The notes beneath the pieces were generated by a model. It saw only the letters and a list, made by a program, of their open reading frames with translations, was not told the origin of the DNA and did no database searches. A DNA stretch of 64,000 bases from an uncultured Pseudomonadales bacterium (GTDB lineage Bacteria > Patescibacteriota > Microgenomatia > UBA1400 > UBA12108): contig CAZCUC010000004.1 in the NCBI GenBank assembly GCA_964502225.1, positions 2,641 to 66,640 of the forward strand. The letters are read 5' to 3'. The stretch's first letter is position 1. Each line of letters opens with the position of its first letter. The position numbers were made by a program, and so were the translations under genes. This document shows positions 18,698 to 27,366 of this stretch, in pieces.

Positions 18698-19285
18698 ATG
18701 AAACTGCCTGCCTTTTTTGGTCATAAACGATCGATAAACTTGTTGCCTCGGGATGCATTTGAGAGTAGTACTCTGGGAGTAATCCTGGAATGGTCGTTGG
18801 TTTTTGGCAAGTGGGCGGTGATTGTCACACAGCTTGTGGTGATGGGAGCTTTTTTGTATCGCTTTACCCTGGATCGTAACCTGACGGACTTGCGCAAATC
18901 GATCGCCAAAAACGTGGCAATTGTAAAATCGTATGAGCAAGTAGAAAGAGATTATGTCTTGGCACAAAAGCAAGTATTGCGAGCAAAAACGGCCTTGGCG
19001 GCACAGGACAAAATGAGCCAAACCCTCTCGGTCTTGGGACAAATAACTCCGAGCGAGATCTGGTACGACCGAATTAGCATTACCCCTGAAGCACTATCGC
19101 TAAATGCATTTGCCGCAACACTACCTGGATTTGGCAAGTTTTTGACTGCGGCTCAGCGGAGCCCGTCATTTGAGGGGATTAGACTAACCAAACTAGAAAG
19201 TAGCTCGGCTAAAGGCGCGCAAATACAGTTTGAGGTGTCTCTCGATCTAATTGCAGACAAAACTGCACCGGGGACTAAAAAATGA
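18698..19285 (+). CDS. pilN: PilN-like type IV pilus alignment protein
   Basis: INLLP motif, single TM, coiled coil, ferredoxin-like C-terminal domain (P-x-x-IW). Confidence 0.8.
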   Translation: MKLPAFFGHKRSINLLPRDAFESSTLGVILEWSLVFGKWAVIVTQLVVMGAFLYRFTLDRNLTDLRKSIAKNVAIVKSYEQVERDYVLAQKQVLRAKTALAAQDKMSQTLSVLGQITPSEIWYDRISITPEALSLNAFAATLPGFGKFLTAAQRSPSFEGIRLTKLESSSAKGAQIQFEVSLDLIADKTAPGTKK

Positions 19286-19953
19286 ACATCAATACTCGGA
19301 GATACTCACAGGATTTACGTCGTTATTATCGGATGCCGGCAGTGCAAGTATCGCTAACTTTGGTGTTGTCGGTGTTTTTGATGAGTGTTTTTGTCGTCTT
19401 TGCACTGCGCCCAACAATCTTGTCGATCGTCAACCTGAAAAAAACTATTAGTGAATCGAAAAAAGTACTACAACAACTAGAGACTAAAGTTAATTTTTTA
19501 CAAAAAGCCTCTAACCAATTAGAAACTTTGCGACCAGTAATCCCAAATATCAACAACAGTATTCCCAATAATGGAGCTATGTATTCGCCCATCACCCTAG
19601 CGATAGACGAGCTGGCTTATCAGGTAGGAGTAATAGTCGAGAGCGAGTCGCTAGGGCCAACACTCCTTTACTCGCGAATCCTCTCCCCTTTTACCCCAAA
19701 CAAGAATCAAAAAGTGGTTGAGCTGAGCTTTAGCCTGAGAGTAAGCGGCGGATATAGCGAAGTGACTGATTTTTTGAATATGATGATGAAAATGGAGCGG
19801 ATCGTCTTGGTTGATAATGTCACCATCGCCAAACAGGCAGGCGCGAAAAACTCCACTGCCAGCGTAACGATGAATGTAAGTGGACTGGCTTTTTACCTGG
19901 CAGATGCAACACAGCTAGACAAAGCATTGATCCAGAAAAAGGGAGGTAAATAA
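19282..19953 (+). CDS. pilO: PilO-like protein
   Basis: TM, coiled coil, SLRVSGGY...F...MERIV signature; overlaps pilN. Confidence 0.8.
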   Translation: MNINTRRYSQDLRRYYRMPAVQVSLTLVLSVFLMSVFVVFALRPTILSIVNLKKTISESKKVLQQLETKVNFLQKASNQLETLRPVIPNINNSIPNNGAMYSPITLAIDELAYQVGVIVESESLGPTLLYSRILSPFTPNKNQKVVELSFSLRVSGGYSEVTDFLNMMMKMERIVLVDNVTIAKQAGAKNSTASVTMNVSGLAFYLADATQLDKALIQKKGGK

Positions 19954-20228
19954 TGGCCGTTCGAGATACTATCTTAGTCAGTAAAACGCTGTATCAGATC
20001 GGAGTGGTGACCTTGATTACCGCAATCATGTGGGTTGGAATTGTGGTTTACCAGGCCGCTACTAAACCCTTAGCCGTAGAGATTGATAAATCGATTTTGG
20101 AACCTATCAATACAACAATCGATCAAGAGACAATTACAGCGATCACAAATCGATTGAAAATTGAGCCCAGATTAATAGAGCTTACGGCGAGCGAGAGTGC
20201 TACTATAGAGGAAGATAAAGGCATATGA
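19953..20228 (+). CDS. Small single-TM protein in the PilP position
   Basis: Coupled to pilO with a GGAGG SD; one TM helix. Confidence 0.7.
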   Translation: MAVRDTILVSKTLYQIGVVTLITAIMWVGIVVYQAATKPLAVEIDKSILEPINTTIDQETITAITNRLKIEPRLIELTASESATIEEDKGI

Positions 20229-21577
20229 GCTTGTTAACAAAGAGATTTCCAACTATTTTGGGGTTGTTTTTTTTGGTGGTGATTGTGGTGGGAATTTTCG
20301 TTTATTACTCTAGTACAAAAACAGCTAAAGTGGCGAGTGAGATAGTCCCGACCAAAGTAAGGATTACCAATGTGGCTGATAACAAATTTAGTGTGTCGTG
20401 GATAACATCTAGTCTTACAACAGGTGAGGTTGAGTATGGACAAGTAGGCGAAAAGCTGACTACCCGTGCCAAAGATGATAGAGACACGAGCGTGGCGGGC
20501 CAGTTTGTGACTCACCATGTCACCGTCGAGGGATTGCAACCGAGTACACAATACGCATTTCGAATCTTGACTGGAGACAAGCCAACGAGGTTTGACAACA
20601 GTGGAAGCCCGTACACAGTGGCCACTGGTCCTGTAATTGGCGCGACTCCGGGCTCGCAGAATTTTTACGGTAACGTAGTGCTCCCCTCAAAACAACCAGC
20701 CGAAGGTGCGCTTGTTTATATTTCGTTCCCAGGTGCCGCACCAGCCTCGGCGATTGTGAGAGATGGAGGTAACTACGCCTTCACTTTGTCGACTTTGCGA
20801 TCCAGCGATAACCGCTCCTATATTACCTATGATCCATCTGCAAGTATCGCGAGTATTACAGTTGAATCTGGCAAACAACAATCGATTGTGTCGGCATCTC
20901 TCGCCAACTCTGCACCCGTGCCGCCAATTACCCTAGGGCAGAATGCTGAGTTTTTGAACCAACCACAAAAAGTAGATGAGGTCGCACAGGTGGAAGTAGT
21001 CGCCGAGAAACCAGCAATTTTTAATGTTGAGCCGCTTGTTGCAGATACTGCCAATATCAATGCGATTTCGACAACGACAGTGACGATCTTGAACCCGAAA
21101 GAACCTGGTGAAGTACTCAAGACACTCCGACCCGAGTTCCGCGGGACGGGCCCTGCTGGTACTACTTTGTCGATTGCACTAAAAGGTCAAAAAGCTATTA
21201 GTGATACTACCCAGGTAGGGACTGATGGAACCTGGACTTGGGCGCCGGTGATTGATTTAAAAGTCGGGAAACAGACAATCACTGTGAGTTACTTGCCAAG
21301 TGGTGGCACCACCCAAAAAGTAGAGCGAGAATTTAGTGTGAGCACAAGTACAACCGGACTAGATCCGGCGTTTGTCTCCTCCCCTTCTGCTTCGGTAAAA
21401 ACCACAACGACTCAGGCTTCGAGCAGTCCTGTGAGCAGTAGCTCCGCAACCCCGCGGGTGACGATGCCAAATACGGATGAAGGTACCCCTGTGACAGGAG
21501 TAATAGAGAATACGCTATTGACTGGAGCACTAGGACTGGTCATTATGGTAGTAGGAGCAGTGCTTTTGGCACTGTAG
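20225..21577 (+). CDS. Membrane-anchored FN3/Ig-like domain protein with C-terminal TPVTG-TM signal
   Basis: N-terminal TM; FN3 (VSWIT...VEYG...HHVTVEGLQPSTQYAF); Ig-like (PEFRGTG...DGTWTW); EGTPVTGV followed by a hydrophobic C terminus. Confidence 0.85.
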   Translation: MSLLTKRFPTILGLFFLVVIVVGIFVYYSSTKTAKVASEIVPTKVRITNVADNKFSVSWITSSLTTGEVEYGQVGEKLTTRAKDDRDTSVAGQFVTHHVTVEGLQPSTQYAFRILTGDKPTRFDNSGSPYTVATGPVIGATPGSQNFYGNVVLPSKQPAEGALVYISFPGAAPASAIVRDGGNYAFTLSTLRSSDNRSYITYDPSASIASITVESGKQQSIVSASLANSAPVPPITLGQNAEFLNQPQKVDEVAQVEVVAEKPAIFNVEPLVADTANINAISTTTVTILNPKEPGEVLKTLRPEFRGTGPAGTTLSIALKGQKAISDTTQVGTDGTWTWAPVIDLKVGKQTITVSYLPSGGTTQKVEREFSVSTSTTGLDPAFVSSPSASVKTTTTQASSSPVSSSSATPRVTMPNTDEGTPVTGVIENTLLTGALGLVIMVVGAVLLAL

Positions 21578-21590
21578 GAAAGTTATATTT

Positions 21591-22787
21591 ATGGCAGATA
21601 CGCTTGTACAACAACCAATCCCCCAGCCTAGTGAGGTACCGCCCGTCACGAGTGCACCACCTGTCATGAACACGCCTCCCGTCATGAGTGTACCTCCATC
21701 ACCGATTAGCCAAAAGGTAGAGCCACCAAAAAGCAAGATTAGCCTGGTCGTGGCAGGAGTCGTGGCACTGGTGATGATGGTCGGAGTGGGAGTATGGGGA
21801 TACTCGCAGTACAGTGGGACAAAGACACCACAAATAGCCAAGTTAACTGAGGAGTTGGATGGAGGAATTACAGTTACACAAACTCCGTCTGAAGAGGCAC
21901 AAGGCAAAGGTGGAACTGTATTTAAGGATGGGATACTGATTGGACATTTGAATAATTTAGAAGTAAACATTCCAGCAATTATCGCTAAGTGCAAGAAAGA
22001 CAAGGCAGAAACAGGCTGTACGATATCAGATATGAAAACATACCTGACGAATGCAGATAATAATTATGACAGTGTGATTGGCGGATCTTGTTCCGGTATT
22101 GAAAACAGCGAGTCACCATCCATTTGTGCTCAAGGACAGGGTCATTGTGTAGGTGGAATATGTCAGCCGGCGAATTGTGCAAATGGATATACCCCTTCTG
22201 CTGAGGGCTGTGTACCAAACCCTAGCTTGGCTTGTAAAGGTACAGACTATGGAGCTCCTGTGTGCTGTTACGACACCTCGTGTGCAGGGGGAACAATTGT
22301 TTGTGAGGCACCAGGCAGAAAGGAATGCAAAAGCACTGGTATAAATGGAGAAAAACACTGCCTTTTGGAGGCTAATTCTGTGGACTGCGGTGGTAAGGTG
22401 GATGAGCCAAATGAAAGGCGGAGTCCTAATCCTTCTCCAAGCGTGTCACCAAGCGTGAGACCTTCCCCTTCTCCATCTCCCTCACCAACCATGGCATGTA
22501 CTGGACTGACACAAACACCCGCGACACAACCAGTAGTAGGATCTAAACTTACATTCACTTGTGCAGGTTCTGTGACACCAAGCAACGCCTCTACCCTTTC
22601 CTACAATTTCCGCTACGCCATTAACAACGGAGCCTGGGTCAATCTAACCAACAAAACCACGGCGACGGCCGAGTTGACCATCAGCGCTTGCGGAACATAT
22701 AAAGTAGAGTGTAGAGCCTGCGCCACATTTGGTGGTTTAATCAAGTGTGATCCATTCTGGCAATATGCAGGAGTCCAACCACTATGA
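21591..22787 (+). CDS. Cys-rich single-pass surface protein, type A
   Basis: Pro-rich N terminus, TM, Cys-rich variable region, SP linker, C-terminal MACTGLTQTP...CDP.W domain. Confidence 0.85.
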   Translation: MADTLVQQPIPQPSEVPPVTSAPPVMNTPPVMSVPPSPISQKVEPPKSKISLVVAGVVALVMMVGVGVWGYSQYSGTKTPQIAKLTEELDGGITVTQTPSEEAQGKGGTVFKDGILIGHLNNLEVNIPAIIAKCKKDKAETGCTISDMKTYLTNADNNYDSVIGGSCSGIENSESPSICAQGQGHCVGGICQPANCANGYTPSAEGCVPNPSLACKGTDYGAPVCCYDTSCAGGTIVCEAPGRKECKSTGINGEKHCLLEANSVDCGGKVDEPNERRSPNPSPSVSPSVRPSPSPSPSPTMACTGLTQTPATQPVVGSKLTFTCAGSVTPSNASTLSYNFRYAINNGAWVNLTNKTTATAELTISACGTYKVECRACATFGGLIKCDPFWQYAGVQPL

Positions 22788-23969
22788 AAAAAGGTTTAAT
22801 CATCGGCTTCTCACTGTTTGCATTGGTGGTACTGATTGTGGGTGTCGTGTATATGGTACGTAAACCAAATATCAATGTAGTGACGGCTGATTGTGCTCCT
22901 AGGTACTACTACAATCTAGAATCAAAGTCCTGTGCCGCTACCACCAGAAACTACAACGCGGCCGAGATCGATTGTGATGGAGGCACTGGCAAGACATGTG
23001 TGGTGAATCTACAGGAATGGATGCCAGGGAAAACTGCCGGATCTTGTTACAAAACTATTGCTCAGTGCCAAGCGGCCAATAGTGGGACAACCACCACCTG
23101 TACTCCTCGCTACTACTACAACACGAAGACTCAGACCTGCACGGCCACTAATCGTAGCTACAACTCTCAAGACGTAGATTGTGATGGAGGTACTGGCAAG
23201 ACATGCGCGGCTAATCTACAAGACTGGGAAGCAGGCAACACAACTGGAATCTGCTATCCTTCTCAGATTGCATGTGCCAACGCTAATGGAGGCGGATCTA
23301 CAACCACCAACTCGTGCTCGAAAACATTTACAGTCGCTTGTGCTAACCCATCGGTTAGTCCTTCGCCAATCCCAAGTACCTCCGCCCCAGTTTATCCTTC
23401 CCCATCGCCCTCTAGCCCATCATCGGCTAGCTTGGACTGTGTCGCCAAGAAAATGTATGAGAATGATAGCCGCAACCGAGCTGGATTCTATTACATGGAG
23501 CGTGAGATCACAGATACCAACACAGTCCAGAATGGCCAAATCATTGTGTACAACATCGTGACCAGAAACAATGGAGGCAACAGCGTACCTGACACAACAA
23601 TTACCGACAGACTATCGACCAACCTAACTTATGTCGATGGAGATAGTGGCTGTGGCTATGACTCAAATACAAGGACTGTGACCTGTACGATTGGAACACT
23701 CTCACCAAATAGTGAAGCTCAGAGATCGTTTAGAGCTAGTGTGACAGTGGCTGGGACTACCTCGGTCGCCAACACAGCTGAGGTGACCTCGACCAACGGA
23801 CAAAGAGATAGTTGCAGTGTCTCAATTGATGCGACTGGAAGAGTGAGCGTTGTATCCTCTCCGGCACCTACTGCACTACCAGTTGCTGGTGTGTTTGAGG
23901 TGACAGCACTACCCCTCACCCTCGGACTACTACTACTGATCATTGGTGGACTGGGACTACTGGTGCTAT
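22776..23969 (+). repeat. 1194-bp direct repeat, copy 1
   Basis: Matches 25153-26346 at offset 2377; the proteins are identical and all DNA spot checks were identical. Confidence 0.95.
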
Positions 23970-23971
23970 AG
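22784..23971 (+). CDS. Cys-rich surface protein type B (two 6-Cys modules, DUF11-like Ig domain, LPVAG-TM)
   Basis: N-terminal TM; two C.PRYYYN...DCDGGTGKTC modules; GQIIVYNI..RNNGG...TITDRL DUF11-like signature. Confidence 0.88.
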   Translation: MKKGLIIGFSLFALVVLIVGVVYMVRKPNINVVTADCAPRYYYNLESKSCAATTRNYNAAEIDCDGGTGKTCVVNLQEWMPGKTAGSCYKTIAQCQAANSGTTTTCTPRYYYNTKTQTCTATNRSYNSQDVDCDGGTGKTCAANLQDWEAGNTTGICYPSQIACANANGGGSTTTNSCSKTFTVACANPSVSPSPIPSTSAPVYPSPSPSSPSSASLDCVAKKMYENDSRNRAGFYYMEREITDTNTVQNGQIIVYNIVTRNNGGNSVPDTTITDRLSTNLTYVDGDSGCGYDSNTRTVTCTIGTLSPNSEAQRSFRASVTVAGTTSVANTAEVTSTNGQRDSCSVSIDATGRVSVVSSPAPTALPVAGVFEVTALPLTLGLLLLIIGGLGLLVL

Positions 23972-24042
23972 ATTGACGTTTCTGAATATATTTGAGACTA
24001 TGGAAGCAGGCACTGCGTATGGTGCTAATTGAGAGTAAGAAT

Positions 24043-25152
24043 ATGCCCGACTCAACCATAGATCCAAATTTATCCAACCCCCAAGCTTTAGTTGATGCCG
24101 CCTTGAGCGACACTACCGCACCAAAGCCGAGTTTACCTACGCTCGAGCCTCTGCAACCTAGCGAACCAGCACCCGTAGAAAAGTCTCCTGAAGTAGTAGT
24201 GGCTGATGTAAAAGTTCCTGAAGTAAAGGCTCCTGAAGTAAAAGTTGAAACTAACAACATAGAGATGAGTGACGAGACGCCCCTACAGTTCGTACAGCCG
24301 AGTGAGCCAGTCACACAGCCAATCCCCTTAACAGAGCCAGTTACACCACCCCTACCCAACCCACCCATGCCTCCGTCACCGACAGTAGTGGATAGCCAAG
24401 CGATGAAACCAAAAAGTAAACTGGGAGTAGTAGTTGGGGGAGTACTAATACTAGTATTGGCGCTGGGCGCTGGAGTGTGGGGCTATCTAGGGAGTCCGAC
24501 CGAAAAAAAACCTGCTCAGATAGCAGAGGCACAGGTTGCAGATGGGTGTACTGAAAACTGTGAAAGTAGTGGGAAAGTTTGTATATATAGTACAACCAAG
24601 AAAACTTACAGTTGTCAGAAAACTGGAGGACAAGAGGCATGTATACATACTATTTGCCCTGTTAACTATGTATGTGTAGAAGGAGGAGCTCAGGGAACTT
24701 ATTGTGAACCAAAAGAAGGAGGTAAGCCGCCGGGAGAAACGCTAACTTGCCCGCCAGGGACAAGAAGCAATGGACAGTGTGAGGATGGAGTTTTGAGACC
24801 ACCGTGCTGTGAACCAGATACCTCCCCATCCCCCTCACCGTCGACAACTACCACCGCCACAATGGCGTGCACAGGTCTGACCCAAACTCCAAGTACAACC
24901 CCAGTAGTTGGATCTAAACTAACATTCACTTGTAGTGGTTCAATTACCCCAAGCAATGCAGGTACCTTGTCGTATGAGTTTGTTTACAAACTCAATGCCG
25001 GCGGGTGGAAAAGCTTGAGTAACAAAACTACAAACACGGCCGAGCTGACTATCGCAACTTGCGGAGAATATATTGTGCATTGCCGTGCGTGTGCCACGAT
25101 CAATGGTAGCAAGCAATGTGACCCTGTTTGGAAGGACGTAGTAATACAATGA
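24043..25152 (+). CDS. Cys-rich single-pass surface protein type A' (paralog of 21591-22787)
   Basis: Similar TM and C-terminal domain to A but a different Cys-rich middle; ATG 24043. Confidence 0.85.
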   Translation: MPDSTIDPNLSNPQALVDAALSDTTAPKPSLPTLEPLQPSEPAPVEKSPEVVVADVKVPEVKAPEVKVETNNIEMSDETPLQFVQPSEPVTQPIPLTEPVTPPLPNPPMPPSPTVVDSQAMKPKSKLGVVVGGVLILVLALGAGVWGYLGSPTEKKPAQIAEAQVADGCTENCESSGKVCIYSTTKKTYSCQKTGGQEACIHTICPVNYVCVEGGAQGTYCEPKEGGKPPGETLTCPPGTRSNGQCEDGVLRPPCCEPDTSPSPSPSTTTTATMACTGLTQTPSTTPVVGSKLTFTCSGSITPSNAGTLSYEFVYKLNAGGWKSLSNKTTNTAELTIATCGEYIVHCRACATINGSKQCDPVWKDVVIQ

Positions 25153-26346
25153 CAACCACTATGAAAAAAGGTTTAATCATCGGCTTCTCACTGTTTGCAT
25201 TGGTGGTACTGATTGTGGGTGTCGTGTATATGGTACGTAAACCAAATATCAATGTAGTGACGGCTGATTGTGCTCCTAGGTACTACTACAATCTAGAATC
25301 AAAGTCCTGTGCCGCTACCACCAGAAACTACAACGCGGCCGAGATCGATTGTGATGGAGGCACTGGCAAGACATGTGTGGTGAATCTACAGGAATGGATG
25401 CCAGGGAAAACTGCCGGATCTTGTTACAAAACTATTGCTCAGTGCCAAGCGGCCAATAGTGGGACAACCACCACCTGTACTCCTCGCTACTACTACAACA
25501 CGAAGACTCAGACCTGCACGGCCACTAATCGTAGCTACAACTCTCAAGACGTAGATTGTGATGGAGGTACTGGCAAGACATGCGCGGCTAATCTACAAGA
25601 CTGGGAAGCAGGCAACACAACTGGAATCTGCTATCCTTCTCAGATTGCATGTGCCAACGCTAATGGAGGCGGATCTACAACCACCAACTCGTGCTCGAAA
25701 ACATTTACAGTCGCTTGTGCTAACCCATCGGTTAGTCCTTCGCCAATCCCAAGTACCTCCGCCCCAGTTTATCCTTCCCCATCGCCCTCTAGCCCATCAT
25801 CGGCTAGCTTGGACTGTGTCGCCAAGAAAATGTATGAGAATGATAGCCGCAACCGAGCTGGATTCTATTACATGGAGCGTGAGATCACAGATACCAACAC
25901 AGTCCAGAATGGCCAAATCATTGTGTACAACATCGTGACCAGAAACAATGGAGGCAACAGCGTACCTGACACAACAATTACCGACAGACTATCGACCAAC
26001 CTAACTTATGTCGATGGAGATAGTGGCTGTGGCTATGACTCAAATACAAGGACTGTGACCTGTACGATTGGAACACTCTCACCAAATAGTGAAGCTCAGA
26101 GATCGTTTAGAGCTAGTGTGACAGTGGCTGGGACTACCTCGGTCGCCAACACAGCTGAGGTGACCTCGACCAACGGACAAAGAGATAGTTGCAGTGTCTC
26201 AATTGATGCGACTGGAAGAGTGAGCGTTGTATCCTCTCCGGCACCTACTGCACTACCAGTTGCTGGTGTGTTTGAGGTGACAGCACTACCCCTCACCCTC
26301 GGACTACTACTACTGATCATTGGTGGACTGGGACTACTGGTGCTAT
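25153..26346 (+). repeat. 1194-bp direct repeat, copy 2
   Basis: Matches 22776-23969. Confidence 0.95.
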
Positions 26347-26348
26347 GA
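25161..26348 (+). CDS. Cys-rich surface protein type B, second identical copy
   Basis: Protein identical to 22784-23971 from MKKGLII onward. Confidence 0.88.
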   Translation: MKKGLIIGFSLFALVVLIVGVVYMVRKPNINVVTADCAPRYYYNLESKSCAATTRNYNAAEIDCDGGTGKTCVVNLQEWMPGKTAGSCYKTIAQCQAANSGTTTTCTPRYYYNTKTQTCTATNRSYNSQDVDCDGGTGKTCAANLQDWEAGNTTGICYPSQIACANANGGGSTTTNSCSKTFTVACANPSVSPSPIPSTSAPVYPSPSPSSPSSASLDCVAKKMYENDSRNRAGFYYMEREITDTNTVQNGQIIVYNIVTRNNGGNSVPDTTITDRLSTNLTYVDGDSGCGYDSNTRTVTCTIGTLSPNSEAQRSFRASVTVAGTTSVANTAEVTSTNGQRDSCSVSIDATGRVSVVSSPAPTALPVAGVFEVTALPLTLGLLLLIIGGLGLLVL

Positions 26349-27352
26349 AAAAAGCGTTGCTGATTGCTCTACCTATTTTGATTGTAATTGGAGTGGTGGT
26401 TGGATACTTTTTCTATAGCAGAGAGAAAGTAGGGATTAATGAAGTAGTTCCAACTACTTGCGCACCCGGAACTCACCAAGTTTTTAATTATAATGCGGCA
26501 GGTAATCAGATTCCGCCTTACTGTGCCGCCGATACAACAGGGGCGACCAATACCCAGGCATCAGCGGCACCATCTACTTCGAGTAGTTGTGAGACAAAAC
26601 CAAATTGTTTGATAGTAAACCCGCCGACCTGCAAGGGACTACAGCCACCCGATGGTAAGACTTGGTGCGCAACCACGACAACTACTACTACCACAACGAC
26701 TACCACGGGTGATGCAACCTGCGCTAAGCGATACTACTATAGTTTAGATTCAAAGGGATGTGTTGCGACAACAAGAAATTATAACTCGGCAGAAATGGAT
26801 TGTGATGGCGGAACGGGTAAAACATGTGTGGTGAATCTGCAGGAAGCACTGCCCGGTAAAACTGGGGGCTCTTGTTTTAAAACTGAAGAGCTATGTCTGG
26901 CTTCTAAAGCAATTTGTTCTCCCAGATATTATTACAACACCGTGACTAAACTTTGTGTAGCGACAAACCGGAGCTATGACTCGAAGGATGTCGATTGTGA
27001 TGGCCAGACAAATAAAACCTGTACGGCCAATCTGCAAGACTGGGAGCCAGGGAGAACTACGGGAGTCTGTTATGCGTCTCAGACTACCTGCTTAGATGCC
27101 AACAAAACAACAACACAAACTACTAGTACCACGACAACTACTGCCGCAAGCCCGAGCCCGAGTCCCAGTGTGTCCTCTGGACTAGGAGGTGGGACAACAG
27201 TGACCCCTACCCCCTCGCCCTCTCCTAGAGCTGCTATGCCAGACACTAGTGAAGGAACACCAGTAACTGGCGTGTTTGAAGTGACGGCGGGAACTATTGG
27301 AATTGGTTTGTTGCTGTTGATCGCTGGTATATTTGGAATATTGATGTTTTGA
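26345..27352 (+). CDS. Cys-rich surface protein type C (two 6-Cys modules, poly-Thr linkers, TPVTG-TM)
   Basis: N-terminal TM, poly-T tract, two modules homologous to those of B, EGTPVTGVFEVT followed by TM. Confidence 0.88.
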   Translation: MKKALLIALPILIVIGVVVGYFFYSREKVGINEVVPTTCAPGTHQVFNYNAAGNQIPPYCAADTTGATNTQASAAPSTSSSCETKPNCLIVNPPTCKGLQPPDGKTWCATTTTTTTTTTTTGDATCAKRYYYSLDSKGCVATTRNYNSAEMDCDGGTGKTCVVNLQEALPGKTGGSCFKTEELCLASKAICSPRYYYNTVTKLCVATNRSYDSKDVDCDGQTNKTCTANLQDWEPGRTTGVCYASQTTCLDANKTTTQTTSTTTTTAASPSPSPSVSSGLGGGTTVTPTPSPSPRAAMPDTSEGTPVTGVFEVTAGTIGIGLLLLIAGIFGILMF

Positions 27353-27366
27353 GAAGCCGTAATTAT

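Noticed and set aside
23181-23561. 126-aa alternate-frame ORF occurring twice (also 25558-25938)
   Set aside because: It repeats only because the underlying DNA is duplicated; no independent evidence of coding.
22776-26346. Diversity-generating retroelement template/variable repeat pair
   Set aside because: The copies appear identical rather than differing at adenines, are gene-sized, and no reverse transcriptase is in the window.
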